Of a DNA stretch of 64,000 nucleotides, positions 62,216 to 64,000 are shown piece after piece (positions within the stretch are counted from its first letter, which is position 1; every line of letters starts with the position of its first letter). Below the pieces are notes generated by a model. That model searched no databases and was not told the origin of the DNA. It saw only the letters and a list, made by a program, of their open reading frames with translations. A program made the position numbers and the translations under genes. Location of the stretch: NCBI RefSeq assembly GCF_011386835.1, contig NC_088796.1, positions 130,138,001 to 130,202,000 of the forward strand, in the 5' to 3' direction. The DNA comes from Chrysemys picta bellii (Eukaryota).

Positions 62216-64000
62216 TCTTTCAGCTATGTCTGTATGCAGCTTGTTGTATTTATTGATGTTGGGTATTAAAGGGGTAGGACATTGTTATGTTTGCTGTGGT
62301 TTGCTGTTCCAAGCCTTCTCCGTGGGCCAGATTCTTTCTTTCACGACCGTCAACCGCTCTCTGACAGGAATATGGCCCAGTTAGCCTATCAGAATCCCAT
62401 GTCCAGTCCCCGATCTCCATACTACCCAGGTGACGATTGCGTTCCCAGTAAGTTTTCAGGCCCCAGCATATAACTCAGTAAGCGAGGCTTCACTCTTGCT
62501 GTACTAAATAGAGGGCACATAAGAAGTTTAGAAGTTACACCACTTGTATATCGGGCGTATTCGACATACATTAAACCCATCTGCATCATCCTACTCTTCA
62601 GGCCTGTAGCGCTGCAGTGCCCTCTGCTGTGCTTTTGCAGTAATCTGAGTTACTAAAGCACAACCACCTTCACCAATTAAAGGTAATGGGTTCAGGGAGG
62701 CAAGGCCTTGAAAATCTTTATTGTTATATTTGAAAGACTCTGATTCAATAGATCAGCTGCAGACGGAATAGCTACCAACGTGCATAATGCAAATAAATGT
62801 CGATTCTCACTTTTTTGAGGAGGGTAACAAAACAGCCTGCAGCACAAGACCAGGATTAGACTGTCTTGAGCCTATTAACAGGACAGTGGATAATCCTCAT
62901 TAAGAAATGGCTTTAGGAAAGCCTGCATTCTGATTGGTTCAATAGCCAGAGCCTAATATCCTGGCTAAACACCATCAGTCACAACCAGTTTGTTTCTTGA
63001 AGTGAGTCAGATAAAAGCAGTGTCCCTTCAGCAGCAATTGGGCATTGAAGATGCAGGGTCTGTGAAATGCTTAGATATCCTTGGATAAAGAGATATAGGG
63101 ATGCAGATTGCTAGTGTTTATTAATAGTGACTTTGTAACATTCCTTGATTCCCAATCAGCAGAAAACACAGCCATGTGTACAATGCATTTTTCTAAAAAA
63201 ATCAAATTTCTATGGTTTTTAAAAAAACAATATAGATTACTAACCATGGTCTCTATTTTGCAAGCAGCTCCCTGCTGGCAAATCCCTGCATAGATGTCTG
63301 CCTGCACAGGACCAGGGCCCATGTTTGTGCTCATCTTTACCTACCTGCTCCTCCCCCGTTGTCTATTTAAATGTAATTTATAACCTTTTGTAAAAAATCC
63401 TTCCCAGAAGTCCTTGCTTCTCTAAGGCAAGGCTCCTCTCCCTTCTCCTCTCTCTGCTCTGTTATCTCCTTGTCTCTCTCCTGCTTTTCTCTCTCCTCCC
63501 CTATTTGTGCTTCTTCTCCCTTCTTTTCTCCTCTTTCTGCTCCTGGCTGTGGGGCATTTCAAAAGGTTGTTTTAAAATGAGAAGTGACTGCTCTGCTGGG
63601 CTACATGGCTCAGGGCCAAGCCTTCAATGTGGAGGAAACTAGATTCAGAAGTATTTTTTTTAGCATAGGTCAGCTTGTTCCAATATGAACTTCTCAGTTT
63701 AAAGGAACTAGTGATAGGTTTAAAAATCTGTTTGATTTTCAGAGCAGTCCAGGGGACACAGCTGGCTGGATCTGAAGAAAGCCTCTATTGCGAGAGAGAG
63801 AATTCCTGAGCTATATGACTAGTGCACACAAACCACTTTGGCTTATTACAGTTTTTTGGTGCTTGGGTCACTTTCTAGTCAATTTCCTTCTGAGCCTCTC
63901 AAACAGTTGCCTAGTGATGCAAGCTTTGGGTTGTATACATAGTAGGAGGCATGTTTGTGTGTTTCCTCTAAAGTTTAAACAAGTCTTTCCTAGAATATCA

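Noticed and set aside
35262-64000. Alternative terminal exon encoding LKKR* (CTL1b-type end)
   Set aside because: I found no AG-preceded CTG AAG AAA AGG TGA-like sequence by eye. CTGAAGAAAG at about 63771 lacks an acceptor and a stop. The exon probably lies beyond the window.

Overview
Vertebrate genomic DNA, almost certainly turtle, judged from turtle-type tRNA-derived Pol III SINEs and CR1 LINEs. It comes from a gapped assembly with one 204-N gap. The + strand carries the 3' part of SLC44A1 (choline transporter-like protein 1, CTL1). I traced 12 coding exons, equivalent to human exons 5-16, from 9150 to the ASGASSS* terminal exon at 38132-38155. All visible junctions are GT-AG with consistent phases, and a long AT-rich 3' UTR follows. 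Most of exon 6 lies inside the N gap. The rest of the window is intronic or intergenic DNA dense in transposable elements: three young CR1 3' fragments with RT-domain ORFs, older CR1 scraps, three Pol III SINEs, hAT, PIF/Harbinger-like and Tc1/mariner-like non-autonomous elements (many with target-site duplications, TSDs), and a possible solo LTR. Almost all ORF-track entries are non-coding noise or TE-derived. The best candidate for new biology is a 69-codon hydrophobic in-frame extension beyond the exon-15 donor, which contains a second, in-frame 5' splice site and could give extra CTL1 C-terminal isoforms. Other notable items are a perfect fold-back at a CR1 truncation point, a permuted 29-nt duplication, a hAT element built from tandem hairpins, and a SINE whose tail is identical to a neighbouring CR1. 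I found no prokaryote-type systems and no clear wholly new biological system.
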